Source of the DNA: an uncultured Coriobacteriaceae bacterium | GTDB taxonomy: Bacteria > Actinomycetota > Coriobacteriia > Coriobacteriales > Atopobiaceae | Length of the DNA stretch: 64,000 bases | NCBI GenBank assembly: GCA_948439405.1 | Contig: CAOJNB010000008.1 | Location: forward strand, 829 to 64,828 | Direction: 5' to 3' | The notes under the pieces: model-generated | The model's database searches: none | Told to the model about the DNA's origin: nothing | The model's input: the letters and a program-made list of their open reading frames with translations, nothing else | Shown: positions 47,910 through 56,432 of the stretch, in pieces | Position numbering within the stretch: the first letter of the stretch is position 1 | Layout of the letters: every line of letters begins with the position of its first letter | Made by a program: the position numbers and the translations under genes

Positions 47910-49619
47910 CTACCCGTCAGTCGTCAGGCGCGCCCGCCGCGTCGACAGCCAGAACACCAGCGCGCCCGCGGCGAGCGAGGCCACGCCCACCGCGACGTCG
48001 AGGGCAAGCGCCGCGTCGAGGCCCTCGTTGAGGACGAGCCACACGCAGCCGCCGCAGCCGGCGAACACGAGGATCATGGCCCCGAACGCGGAGACGAACA
48101 TGGGCATCCCGCGCTTCACGGGCTCCGCAGGCACCGACCAGCTGTAGTTGGGCCGAGACACGTCGATCGCCAGCCCGACGGCGGCCGCCAGGACGAACAG
48201 ACCGCCGCCCACCAGCGCGCACACGAGCGCATCCGCCACGGTGAGCTGCCCGGTGGCGACGAGGAGCACGTCGGCCGCGAGCATGCAGGCGACCACGGGA
48301 ATCGCGTTCGCCGCGAGCTTGGCGCCGAGCACCGCGCGCGGGCTCAGCGGCAGGGTCGCCATCACCCACGCAGAGCGCCCCTCCATCGACACGGCGCAGG
48401 CCGCGCTCGGGGCCATCGCCAGGCAAAAGGCGAACACCCAGGGCGCGAACGCGGCCATGAGCCGGCGGACGAACTCCGCGAGCTGCGCGGGGACCTCCAT
48501 GCCCGATGCCAGCGACGACAGCGCCCCGTCGACGCCCACCACGGCGAGCGCACCCGCCGCCGCGAGCAGCAGCACGTAGCCGAACAGGCAGTTGAAGGCG
48601 TAGCTCGGGGTGCCCAGGATCACGGCCCACTCCTTGCGCACGAGCGCCCAGAACGGGGTGCGGGCACGACCCAGGCGCTTGTCGAGCGCCGCGCGGCTGA
48701 TGTGGCGCGCCGTGCCCGTGCTCGTCGCCGCGGCGTTGAGCGCGAGGTAGAAGTGGGACACGATCGTCGTGCACGCGAGCGGAGCCGCGAGCGACACGAC
48801 GGCGAACAGGGAGAAGGACGGTGTCGCGCCCTCGGTGATGCCGCGCGCGGCCCAGCCGGCGGGCGGGTAGAAGGCCGCCACCGCATCGCCCATGGATGCG
48901 ACCGCGCTCCCCATCCCGGCGAGCGCGGCGTCGTCGCCCGCGCCCGCGCGGGCCGACACATACATGACGCCTGCCATCACCAGGCAGAAGAGGACCAGCG
49001 ACACCGCGATGTAGACGAGGTTCGCATGACGGAAGCGCCCGGCGACGGTCGCCACGCCCACGGCGAGGAACACCGCGACGCTCACCGGCAGCAGCGGGGC
49101 GAGCACCACGCTCGCGGCGAGCAGCAGCACCTCCGCCACGCCGACGCCGCCTGCGCCAAGGGCGTACATCACGTACATGGGCACCATGATGAGCGCCGCC
49201 GTGACGACGGCGGCAAGGAAGAGGCCCGTCAGCCGCGCGGCGACCACCGTGGCGCGCGGGATGGGCAGCGACATCACGAGGTCGAAGTCCTTGGCGCCGA
49301 ACAACGTCCCGTGCGTCTTCGCGAAGGCGAAGGCCACGCCGGCAAGCGAGCCCGCCACCACGGCGACCACGGGAACGAGCCGCCCCAGGCCCGCGTCGAC
49401 CATGAGCCTCGCGAGCCCGCCGGCATAGTAGGCGAAGCCGAACGCGACTAGGAGCACGATCGAGACGATGCCGGCGGCCCTTCCCACGCTGGCTGCCCGT
49501 CCCGCGCCGCACCTCGAGCCCGCACGGGAGGCGATCAGCGAGTGGAGGAGGGAGCGCAGCTGCACCCCCAGGAGCAGCAGGTAGGGGCTTCGCGCAGCCC
49601 GCGCGTTCGCGGCGGCCAT
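47910..49619 (-). CDS. Polytopic ABC-2-type exporter permease (putative)
   Basis: At least 10 hydrophobic helices. The start abuts the stop of the upstream ABC ATPase. Confidence 0.72.
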   Translation of the reverse strand: MAAANARAARSPYLLLLGVQLRSLLHSLIASRAGSRCGAGRAASVGRAAGIVSIVLLVAFGFAYYAGGLARLMVDAGLGRLVPVVAVVAGSLAGVAFAFAKTHGTLFGAKDFDLVMSLPIPRATVVAARLTGLFLAAVVTAALIMVPMYVMYALGAGGVGVAEVLLLAASVVLAPLLPVSVAVFLAVGVATVAGRFRHANLVYIAVSLVLFCLVMAGVMYVSARAGAGDDAALAGMGSAVASMGDAVAAFYPPAGWAARGITEGATPSFSLFAVVSLAAPLACTTIVSHFYLALNAAATSTGTARHISRAALDKRLGRARTPFWALVRKEWAVILGTPSYAFNCLFGYVLLLAAAGALAVVGVDGALSSLASGMEVPAQLAEFVRRLMAAFAPWVFAFCLAMAPSAACAVSMEGRSAWVMATLPLSPRAVLGAKLAANAIPVVACMLAADVLLVATGQLTVADALVCALVGGGLFVLAAAVGLAIDVSRPNYSWSVPAEPVKRGMPMFVSAFGAMILVFAGCGGCVWLVLNEGLDAALALDVAVGVASLAAGALVFWLSTRRARLTTDG

Positions 49620-50363
49620 CTAGCGCACCTCGCCCTCTTCGACGAGCTCGAGGAACACGCTCTCGAGGGTCTCGTCGCCGCGGACCTCGTCGACCGTGCC
49701 GGCGCGCAGCAGCTCGCCGGAGCGGATCACGGCGACCTTGTCGCACAGGCGCTCGACGACCTCGAGCACGTGGGAGGAGAAGAACACGGCCCCGCCGCGC
49801 TCGGTAAGCTCGCGCAGCATCGCGCGGACCTCGTGGGAGGCCACCGGGTCGAGGCCGACGAAGGGCTCGTCGAGCACGAGCAGGCGCGGGTCGTGGACGA
49901 GCGCGCCGATGATCACGAGCTTCTGCCGCATGCCGTGCGAGTACGAGGAGACGGGCTCACCCAGGTCCCCGGCGATCTCGAGGCGCTCGGCAAGCTCGGC
50001 CGCGCGGCGGGCGCGCACCTCGGCCGGGACGCCGAAGACGTCGCCCATGTAGGCCAGATACTGCACGCCCGTCATGAACTCGTAGACGTCCGGGTTGTCG
50101 GGCACGTAGGCGAGCCGGCGCTTGGCGGCGACGGGGTCGGCGGCGACGTCGACGCCGCACACGCGGATCGTGCCGCCGTCGAAGGGCTGGGCGCCCACGA
50201 TTGCGCGGATCAGCGTCGTCTTGCCCGCGCCGTTGTGGCCGACGAAGCCGTAGATGTCGCCGGGCTCCACCGCGAGGGACAGGTCGCGCACGGCGACCTT
50301 GTCGCCGTAGGTCTTGCGGAAGCCGTCCACCTCGAGGATCGGCCGCTCGTTCTGGGTGCTCAT
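49620..50363 (-). CDS. ABC transporter ATP-binding protein (ABC-2 subfamily)
   Basis: GHNGAGKTT, YSHGMRQKLVIIGAL, LVLDEPFVGLD. ATG at 50363 with AAGGAG upstream. Confidence 0.9.
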   Translation of the reverse strand: MSTQNERPILEVDGFRKTYGDKVAVRDLSLAVEPGDIYGFVGHNGAGKTTLIRAIVGAQPFDGGTIRVCGVDVAADPVAAKRRLAYVPDNPDVYEFMTGVQYLAYMGDVFGVPAEVRARRAAELAERLEIAGDLGEPVSSYSHGMRQKLVIIGALVHDPRLLVLDEPFVGLDPVASHEVRAMLRELTERGGAVFFSSHVLEVVERLCDKVAVIRSGELLRAGTVDEVRGDETLESVFLELVEEGEVR

Positions 50364-50438
50364 GGGACTCCTTGTCGTCGGTCGGACCGTGCGAAGCCGG
50401 AGCGGCGTCGGGGCGCCGTCAGGACGGCCGTGAGAATA

Positions 50439-50470
50439 CCCCCCCCCCACGATTTCCGGTCAAGGGGGGG
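50439..50470 (-). terminator. C10 ... G7 hairpin between the Arc-like gene and the ABC operon
   Basis: CCCCCCCCCC (50439..50448), a 15-nt loop, then GGGGGGG (50464..50470). A homopolymeric tract. Confidence 0.4.
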
Positions 50471-50504
50471 CGAGCTCCGTGCGGGGAAGCGCCTGCGCGC
50501 GGCG

Positions 50505-50708
50505 TCAGGACGCGTCGCGTCCCGCGCCCTCCCCCTCGCCGGGGCGAGGACGCCCGCCCCGAGGCAGGCGTCCCGCGCGCCTCAGCGCGTCGCGGAGGAT
50601 CCACTCGACCTGGCCGTTGGCGGAGCGCATCTCGTCGTCGGCCCAGCGGCGCACGGCATCCCAGATCTCGGGGTCTATGCGGAGGGGGTACTGCTTGCGG
50701 GCCATCAC
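50505..50708 (-). CDS. Arc/MetJ-type ribbon-helix-helix DNA-binding protein
   Basis: MARKQYPLRIDPEIWDAVRRWADDEMRSANGQVEWILRDALRRAGR matches the common Arc-like RHH pattern. Starts 10 nt after the SPFH gene. Confidence 0.7.
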   Translation of the reverse strand: MMARKQYPLRIDPEIWDAVRRWADDEMRSANGQVEWILRDALRRAGRLPRGGRPRPGEGEGAGRDAS

Positions 50709-50717
50709 GGGGACCCG

Positions 50718-51743
50718 CTAGTAGATGGACCCTGCGTTGACGATGGGCTTGGCCTCCGACTCGCCGCACAGCACCACCATGAGGTTGGAGGCCATCTGCG
50801 CCTTGCGCTCGTCGTCGAGCTCGAGCACGCCCTCGGTCTCCAGCTGGCGCACGGCCATGTCGACCATCGACACCGCGCCCTCCACGATCTTCTTGCGCGC
50901 GGCGATCACGGCCTCGGCCTGCTGGCGGCGCAGCATGGCCGGGGCGATCTCGGGCGCGTAGGCGAGGTGGGTGAGGCGGGCGTCGTCCACGGACACGCCG
51001 GCGGCAGCGAGCCTGCGGCCGAGCTCGGTCTTCAGGCTGGCCGAGACCTCCTCGATGTTGGAGCGCAGCGTGATCGAGCGGTTGCTCTCGTCGTCGTCCT
51101 CCATGTGGTCGTAGGCGTAGATGCTCGCCACGTGGCGCAGGGCGGTCTCCGTCTGCATGGCGACGAAGCTCGGGTAGTGCTCGACGTCGAAGAGCGCCTT
51201 CGCGGTGTCGGCTACGTGCCAGACCACCACGGTCGCGATCTCGATGGGGTTGCCCATCTTGTCGTTCACCTTGAGGCGGTCGCCGTTCAGGGTGCGGGCA
51301 CGCACGCTCACCTTGGTGGAGAGGTTCGTGCCCTTGCTGAGGACGGCGAGCGCGGCGGACAGCGTGGCGCTGCCCTCGGCGTCGGACTCGACCGCCGCGG
51401 CGGCCTCCGGGTTGGACAGGCTCTTGGAGTAGAAGGGGTTCGCCCAGTAGAAGCCGGCCTCGCGGACGGTGCCCTTGTACTCGCCGAACAGCACGCACAC
51501 GCGGGCCTGGCCCGGCTGCAGGGTGAAGAAGCCCTGGACGGGCACGAACCACAGGCAGAACAGGACGATGCTCGCGACGAGCGTGACGACCCAGACCGGG
51601 TGGAGGGGCAGGCCCGTCTCGTCGCAGTAGGCCATCTGGACGATGCTGAGGACGAGCATCGCGACGATGATCGCCAGACCCGCGATACAGGCCGCGAGCA
51701 TGGCCCAGCCCGAGGACGCCTGGATGCGCTTCTCCGTAGACAT
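50718..51743 (-). CDS. SPFH/Band-7 domain membrane protein
   Basis: N-terminal TMs followed by SPFH-like core and a C-terminal coiled coil ([20 protein letters not shown]). Confidence 0.82.
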   Translation of the reverse strand: MSTEKRIQASSGWAMLAACIAGLAIIVAMLVLSIVQMAYCDETGLPLHPVWVVTLVASIVLFCLWFVPVQGFFTLQPGQARVCVLFGEYKGTVREAGFYWANPFYSKSLSNPEAAAAVESDAEGSATLSAALAVLSKGTNLSTKVSVRARTLNGDRLKVNDKMGNPIEIATVVVWHVADTAKALFDVEHYPSFVAMQTETALRHVASIYAYDHMEDDDESNRSITLRSNIEEVSASLKTELGRRLAAAGVSVDDARLTHLAYAPEIAPAMLRRQQAEAVIAARKKIVEGAVSMVDMAVRQLETEGVLELDDERKAQMASNLMVVLCGESEAKPIVNAGSIY

Positions 51744-51790
51744 GACGTGCTCCCTCTCGTCGGGGCCGTTCCGGCCCGTCCCTCGAATGC

Positions 51791-51825
51791 GGTCTCATAG
51801 TGATATCACTTTGAGACCTCGTCAA
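51791..51825 (-). promoter_or_regulatory. 28-bp near-perfect palindrome overlapping a putative promoter of the SPFH-Arc operon
   Basis: GGTCTCATAGTGATATCACTTTGAGACC (51791..51818; 26/28 symmetric). On the minus strand TTGACG (51820..51825), a 17-nt spacer and CACTAT (51797..51802). Confidence 0.55.
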
Positions 51826-51941
51826 GGGGTCGCCGCGTAAGCTCCCGGTCAGCGGTCCCGCGCCGGTCGAGCGGAGGCGCGGACGGGCTCGGGCGCGCGC
51901 TAGCATGGGCGTGACGGACGGGCGCGCACCGGGGAGGGACC

Positions 51942-53447
51942 ATGGGCCTCGTCGTGGTGGACGGCAGGACGGACCTCGAGAAGCTCCACGAGCTGCTTGC
52001 GCTCGGCGGCGAGCGCGACCAGGTGGACTTCAAGGCGACCCTGGACCTCTCCGACCCGCGCGAGGAGCTCGAGTTCGTGAAGGACGCCGTCTCGATGCTC
52101 AACACCTACCCGGGCGGCTACATCGTGGTGGGCTGCGCCGACGACGGCACGCCCTCCCCGCTCGCGTCCGAGACCTCCTGGCGCCAGCTCGACGGCGCGA
52201 AGCTCACCGACAAGCTCCTGCGATACGTCGACGCCCCGGTGCGCGCCATCTCCCAGCACCTCGAGGACGACGGGCACGAGTACTGCCTCATCTGCCTGCA
52301 GAGCCTGCCGGGCGGCCTCCCCATCCCCTTCGCGCGCACCGGACAGACGGGCTCCGACGTCGTGTTCCACAAGGGAGAGGTGTGCCGGCGCCACGGGCCC
52401 AAGAACGACGTGCTGCGCTACGCGCAGTGGGACGAGGTGCTGAGGCCCCACGACCGCCTCGTGCGCGGGGCGGAGCGCATGCGCATCAACGCGCTGATCG
52501 ACCGCGTGACGGCGGCGCTCGCCGAGCAGGGGCGCGGCAGCTCCCCGCTCGTCCACGGGATGCCCGAGGAGAGCCTCTGCGTCGCCCTCCAGGAGGCGGC
52601 CGAGCGCGGCGAGCGGGCGCGCCTCGAGCGCTTCGCGGCCCAGGTCGCGAGCGTGCTACCGCGCGCCTCGGCGCTCACGGAGCTCGCCGGGCTGGGGTGC
52701 CACGCCGCCCTCGTCGGCGACGAGGAGCTCTTCGGCCTCGCGACGGACCGCCTCTTCGACTGCTACGCCGCCTGCGACCGCACCCCCGAGGAGGACGCCG
52801 ACGCCAAGCTGCGCCTGCTCGTGGCCGCCTACGCGATGGGGGCCGCCGCCGTGCGCTGCTCGCGCTGGGAGATGGTGGCCCCGCTCGTGCTGCGCAACTC
52901 CGTCGCCGACCCGCAGGACGTCTACGCCTCCTGGCTGCGCGAGTGCCAGGTCGCCGCGTCGCGCGCCGACCTCTTCCGCGAGGAGGAGTCCGGGCTCGTG
53001 GTGTCGCGCGCGCTCGAGGAGGTCCTGGGCCACCCGGTGCTGCGCCCCGACGTCGTCGCGGAGGAGCCCGGCAGCGGCGAGGCGTCCGTCGAGGACCGCG
53101 TGCTCGACTCGCTGTGCCGCTTCGACCTCCTGTACTGCCTGTGCGTCTACGCCGCCGGCAGGGGCTCGGGAGGGGCCTACCCCGCCTGCGTCGCCTTCAG
53201 GGGAGCGCGCGTGGATCGCGTCCTCGCCGAGCTGCTCGGCAGGGACGACTCCGCCCGCAGGAGGCTGCTGCCCGGGACGGACGACGCCGCGCTCGCCGCC
53301 GCCCTCGGACGCCTGTGGGACGACATGCGCCGCGAGGCCGCCCGGCGCGGACACCCCTGGGCCGCCGACCGCGCCGGCTGGGTGGCGCACTTCGTAGCGT
53401 CGGCGGGCGGCGCGGGCGAGGGGCGCGGGGAGGCGGAGGCGCGATGA
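51942..53447 (+). CDS. AlbA_2 (Schlafen-like, putative DNA-binding) N-terminal domain protein with uncharacterised helical C-terminal region
   Basis: DQVDFKATLDLSD...EFVKDAVSMLNTYPGGYIVVGCADDGTP resembles the AlbA_2 core. 501 aa. RBS GGGGAGGG. Confidence 0.68.
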   Translation: MGLVVVDGRTDLEKLHELLALGGERDQVDFKATLDLSDPREELEFVKDAVSMLNTYPGGYIVVGCADDGTPSPLASETSWRQLDGAKLTDKLLRYVDAPVRAISQHLEDDGHEYCLICLQSLPGGLPIPFARTGQTGSDVVFHKGEVCRRHGPKNDVLRYAQWDEVLRPHDRLVRGAERMRINALIDRVTAALAEQGRGSSPLVHGMPEESLCVALQEAAERGERARLERFAAQVASVLPRASALTELAGLGCHAALVGDEELFGLATDRLFDCYAACDRTPEEDADAKLRLLVAAYAMGAAAVRCSRWEMVAPLVLRNSVADPQDVYASWLRECQVAASRADLFREEESGLVVSRALEEVLGHPVLRPDVVAEEPGSGEASVEDRVLDSLCRFDLLYCLCVYAAGRGSGGAYPACVAFRGARVDRVLAELLGRDDSARRRLLPGTDDAALAAALGRLWDDMRREAARRGHPWAADRAGWVAHFVASAGGAGEGRGEAEAR

Positions 53448-54097
53448 CGTGCTTCCGCTACGGGGAGGCGGAGCTCGACCACCTGCGCTCGCGCGACGAG
53501 CGCCTGGGGGCGGCCATCGACGCGATCGGGCGCGTCGAGCGCGAGGTGGACCCGGACCTCTTCTCCTCGGTGGCCCACCACATCATCGGCCAGCAGATCT
53601 CCACGAAGGCACAGGCGACGATCTGGGCGCGGGCGACCGGGCGGCTCGGCGGGGTCACGCCCGAGACGCTGCTCGCGGCGGGCCACGACGGCGTGCAGGC
53701 CCTGGGGGTGAGCCACCGCAAGGCGGACTACCTCCTGGACTTCGCGCGCAGGGTGCGCGACGGGGAGTTCGACCTCGAGGCGGTCCGCGCGATGCCGGAC
53801 GAGGAGGCGATCGCGGCCCTCACGTCGCTGCGCGGCGTCGGCCGCTGGACGGCCGAGATGATCCTGCTGTTCTGCCTGGAGCGCCCCGACGTGCTCGCCT
53901 TCGACGACCTGGCCCTGCAGCGCGGCATGCGCATGCTCTACCACCACCGACGCATCACCCCGAAGCTGTTCGCCCGCTACCGGAGGAGGTACTCCCCCTT
54001 CGGCAGCGTCGCGAGCCTCTACCTGTGGGAGGTCGCCGGCGGCGCGATCCCCGGGATGCGCGACTGGGCGCCGAGGGGGCGCGACGCCGGGAGATAA
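53444..54097 (+). CDS. DNA-3-methyladenine glycosylase II-like (AlkA/HhH-GPD)
   Basis: HhH-GPD element LTSLRGVGRWTAEMILLF and the catalytic Asp context AFDDLALQRG. ATGA overlap with the upstream gene. Confidence 0.85.
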   Translation: MTCFRYGEAELDHLRSRDERLGAAIDAIGRVEREVDPDLFSSVAHHIIGQQISTKAQATIWARATGRLGGVTPETLLAAGHDGVQALGVSHRKADYLLDFARRVRDGEFDLEAVRAMPDEEAIAALTSLRGVGRWTAEMILLFCLERPDVLAFDDLALQRGMRMLYHHRRITPKLFARYRRRYSPFGSVASLYLWEVAGGAIPGMRDWAPRGRDAGR

Positions 54098-54215
54098 GGC
54101 GCCCTATGTAAACGTTGCGTGCAGGTTCGCGGCGGTCGGGCGGGCGGCGCCGGAGGGCGCGGGTACCATACGTACCTGTCGAACGTCACGTCACGCCACG
54201 GAACGGGGGCCGCCC

Positions 54216-55244
54216 ATGTCAATGAAGTTCAAGACGCTCCTTCCCATCCCCAAGGAGATCCGCGAGGAGATGCCGCTGTCCGCCGAGGCGGCGGCGCGCA
54301 AGCCGGCCTTCGACGCCCAGGTGGCCGACGTCCTGTGCGGCCGCGACGACCGCCTGCTGATGATCATCGGGCCGTGCTCCGCGGACCGCGAGGACTCCGT
54401 GCTCGACTACGTCACCCGCCTCGCCGGCCTCGCCGAGCGCGTGCGCGACAAGCTCGTGATCGTCCCGCGTATCTACACCAACAAGCCCCGCACGAAGGGC
54501 ACCGGCTACAAGGGCCTGCTGCACAACCCCGACCCCGAGGGCCCCAGCGACCTGCTCGCCGGCGTCAAGGCCATCCGCCACATGCACCTGCGCGTCGTCG
54601 AGGAGACGGGCTTCTTCACCGCCGACGAGATGCTCTACCCCACCAACTACCAGTACCTGATCGACGTGCTGTCCTACATCGCCGTGGGCGCGCGCTCCGT
54701 CGAGAACCAGGAGCACCGCCTCGTGGCCTCCGGCGTGCCGATGGCCGTGGGCATGAAGAACCCCACCGGCGGCTCCACCGCGGTGATGCTCAACTCCATC
54801 TACGCCGCCCAGCAGCCGCAGTCCTTCATCTTCCGCAACTGGGAGGTGGAGACCACCGGCAACCCGCTCGCCCACGCCGTGCTGCGCGGCTACGTCGGGC
54901 TCGACGGCATCAACTACCCGAACTACCACTACGAGTACCTCGAGCGCCTCGCGGAGCGCTACATGGTCGACGACTTCCGGAACCCGGCCGTGATCGTGGA
55001 CTGCAACCACGATAACTCCGGCAAGCGCCCCTTCGAGCAGGTGCGCATCTGCAAGGAGGTCCTCGAGTCCATGCGCCGCTCCGAGGCGATCGGCGGGCTG
55101 GTGCGCGGCTTCATGGTGGAGTCCTACATCGAGGACGGCAACCAGGGCATCGACGACGGGGTGTACGGCAAGTCCATCACCGACCCGTGCCTGGGCTGGG
55201 AGAAGACCGAGCGCCTCGTGCTCGACGTCGCCGAGCGCCTGTAG
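54216..55244 (+). CDS. 3-deoxy-7-phosphoheptulonate (DAHP) synthase, class I
   Basis: LLMIIGPCS, IYTNKPRTKGTGYKGL; 342 aa. Confidence 0.9.
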   Translation: MSMKFKTLLPIPKEIREEMPLSAEAAARKPAFDAQVADVLCGRDDRLLMIIGPCSADREDSVLDYVTRLAGLAERVRDKLVIVPRIYTNKPRTKGTGYKGLLHNPDPEGPSDLLAGVKAIRHMHLRVVEETGFFTADEMLYPTNYQYLIDVLSYIAVGARSVENQEHRLVASGVPMAVGMKNPTGGSTAVMLNSIYAAQQPQSFIFRNWEVETTGNPLAHAVLRGYVGLDGINYPNYHYEYLERLAERYMVDDFRNPAVIVDCNHDNSGKRPFEQVRICKEVLESMRRSEAIGGLVRGFMVESYIEDGNQGIDDGVYGKSITDPCLGWEKTERLVLDVAERL

Positions 55245-55281
55245 CGGCCGCGCCGCCCGTGCGTCCCGGGGTCTCGAGGTT

Positions 55282-55333
55282 CACGACTCTCGGGTCGAGC
55301 GGGCACGTGCACCGTCTCGACCCGAGAGTCGTG
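55282..55333. terminator. Perfect 18-bp inverted repeat between convergent genes
   Basis: CACGACTCTCGGGTCGAG, a 16-nt loop containing GCACGTGC, then CTCGACCCGAGAGTCGTG, followed by CGCCTTT. Confidence 0.65.
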
Positions 55334-55372
55334 CGCCTTTGGGCCTCCTTCGGCTGCCTCCCCCGCGCAGCC

Positions 55373-56266
55373 CTAGTCGAAGCGGGAGACGAAGCCCCCC
55401 ACCGCCGCGAGGCACTCCTCGGGGTGGGTGAGGTTCGCCAGGTGCGGCGCGCCCTGGATCAGCGCCCACTCGCAGCCGGGAATCAGGTCCACGCCCTCCT
55501 TGATGGTGTAGGGCGTGCCATCGTCGTCGGTGCCGGAGAGCGCCATGCAGGGCACCTTGATGCCGCGCACCTGCTCGCGGACGTCCCAGTCGCGCATCTT
55601 GCCGGTGCACACGAACTCGCTCGCGCCCTGCATGACCTCGTAGCACTCGCCGGTGCCCTCGAAGCCGTCGAGCAGCTCCTGCGGGTAGTCGCGCTGGTAG
55701 AGGCCGGTGACGTGGCGCTTGTAGTACTCGTCGGCGGCGGCCGCGGCGGCGGGGCTCTCGTAGTCGCCCGTGCGCTCGGCCTCGGCGAGGGCGGCCTGCA
55801 TCTCCTCGGGCAGGTACTCGATCAGGCGGTTCGCCTCGGAGAGCCAGGTGTCGATGCGCACCGGCGAGCTGTTGATCACGAAGGAGCGCACGCCGGAGTC
55901 GTCGCGCACCATGCACAGCATGCCGAGCATGCCGCCCCAGGAGTTGCCGAACAGGTGGATGTCGTCGAGCCCCAGCGCCTCGCGTACGGCGTAGAACTCG
56001 TCGATCCACAGGTCGTAGGTGTAGAAGTCGTCCTCCTGGTGCGGGATGGAGGACTTCCCGCAGCCGATCTGGTCGTAGAAGGTCACCTGCCGGCCGAACC
56101 TGTCGGCGAGCTGGGCGTAGGTGAGCAGCCCGTTGTGGCACATGCCCGGGCCGCCGTGCAGGACGAGCAGCGGGCGCTTGCCGGCATCCGGCTCGTCGGG
56201 CACGAAGGTCTTGCAGTAGGTTCGGTAGCCGGCGTACTCGACGTAGTCCTCGCGGATGTGTGACAT
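55373..56266 (-). CDS. Proline iminopeptidase-family alpha/beta hydrolase
   Basis: LHGGPGM, nucleophile elbow GNSWGG. ATG at 56266 with GGAGGGGG upstream. Confidence 0.85.
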   Translation of the reverse strand: MSHIREDYVEYAGYRTYCKTFVPDEPDAGKRPLLVLHGGPGMCHNGLLTYAQLADRFGRQVTFYDQIGCGKSSIPHQEDDFYTYDLWIDEFYAVREALGLDDIHLFGNSWGGMLGMLCMVRDDSGVRSFVINSSPVRIDTWLSEANRLIEYLPEEMQAALAEAERTGDYESPAAAAAADEYYKRHVTGLYQRDYPQELLDGFEGTGECYEVMQGASEFVCTGKMRDWDVREQVRGIKVPCMALSGTDDDGTPYTIKEGVDLIPGCEWALIQGAPHLANLTHPEECLAAVGGFVSRFD

Positions 56267-56432
56267 GGGACCCCCTCCGTCGCACGAATGCCTACGTGAG
56301 CGAGTATCGGGGGCGCCGGCCGCGGGACCGGCGTCCAATCGGCGGGGCATCGCCCTGGGCGAGCGACGGGAGAAGAGAGGGCCCCCGCACTCGTCGCACG
56401 GGAGCCCTCCGTAAGAACGAGATGTCGTCGCG

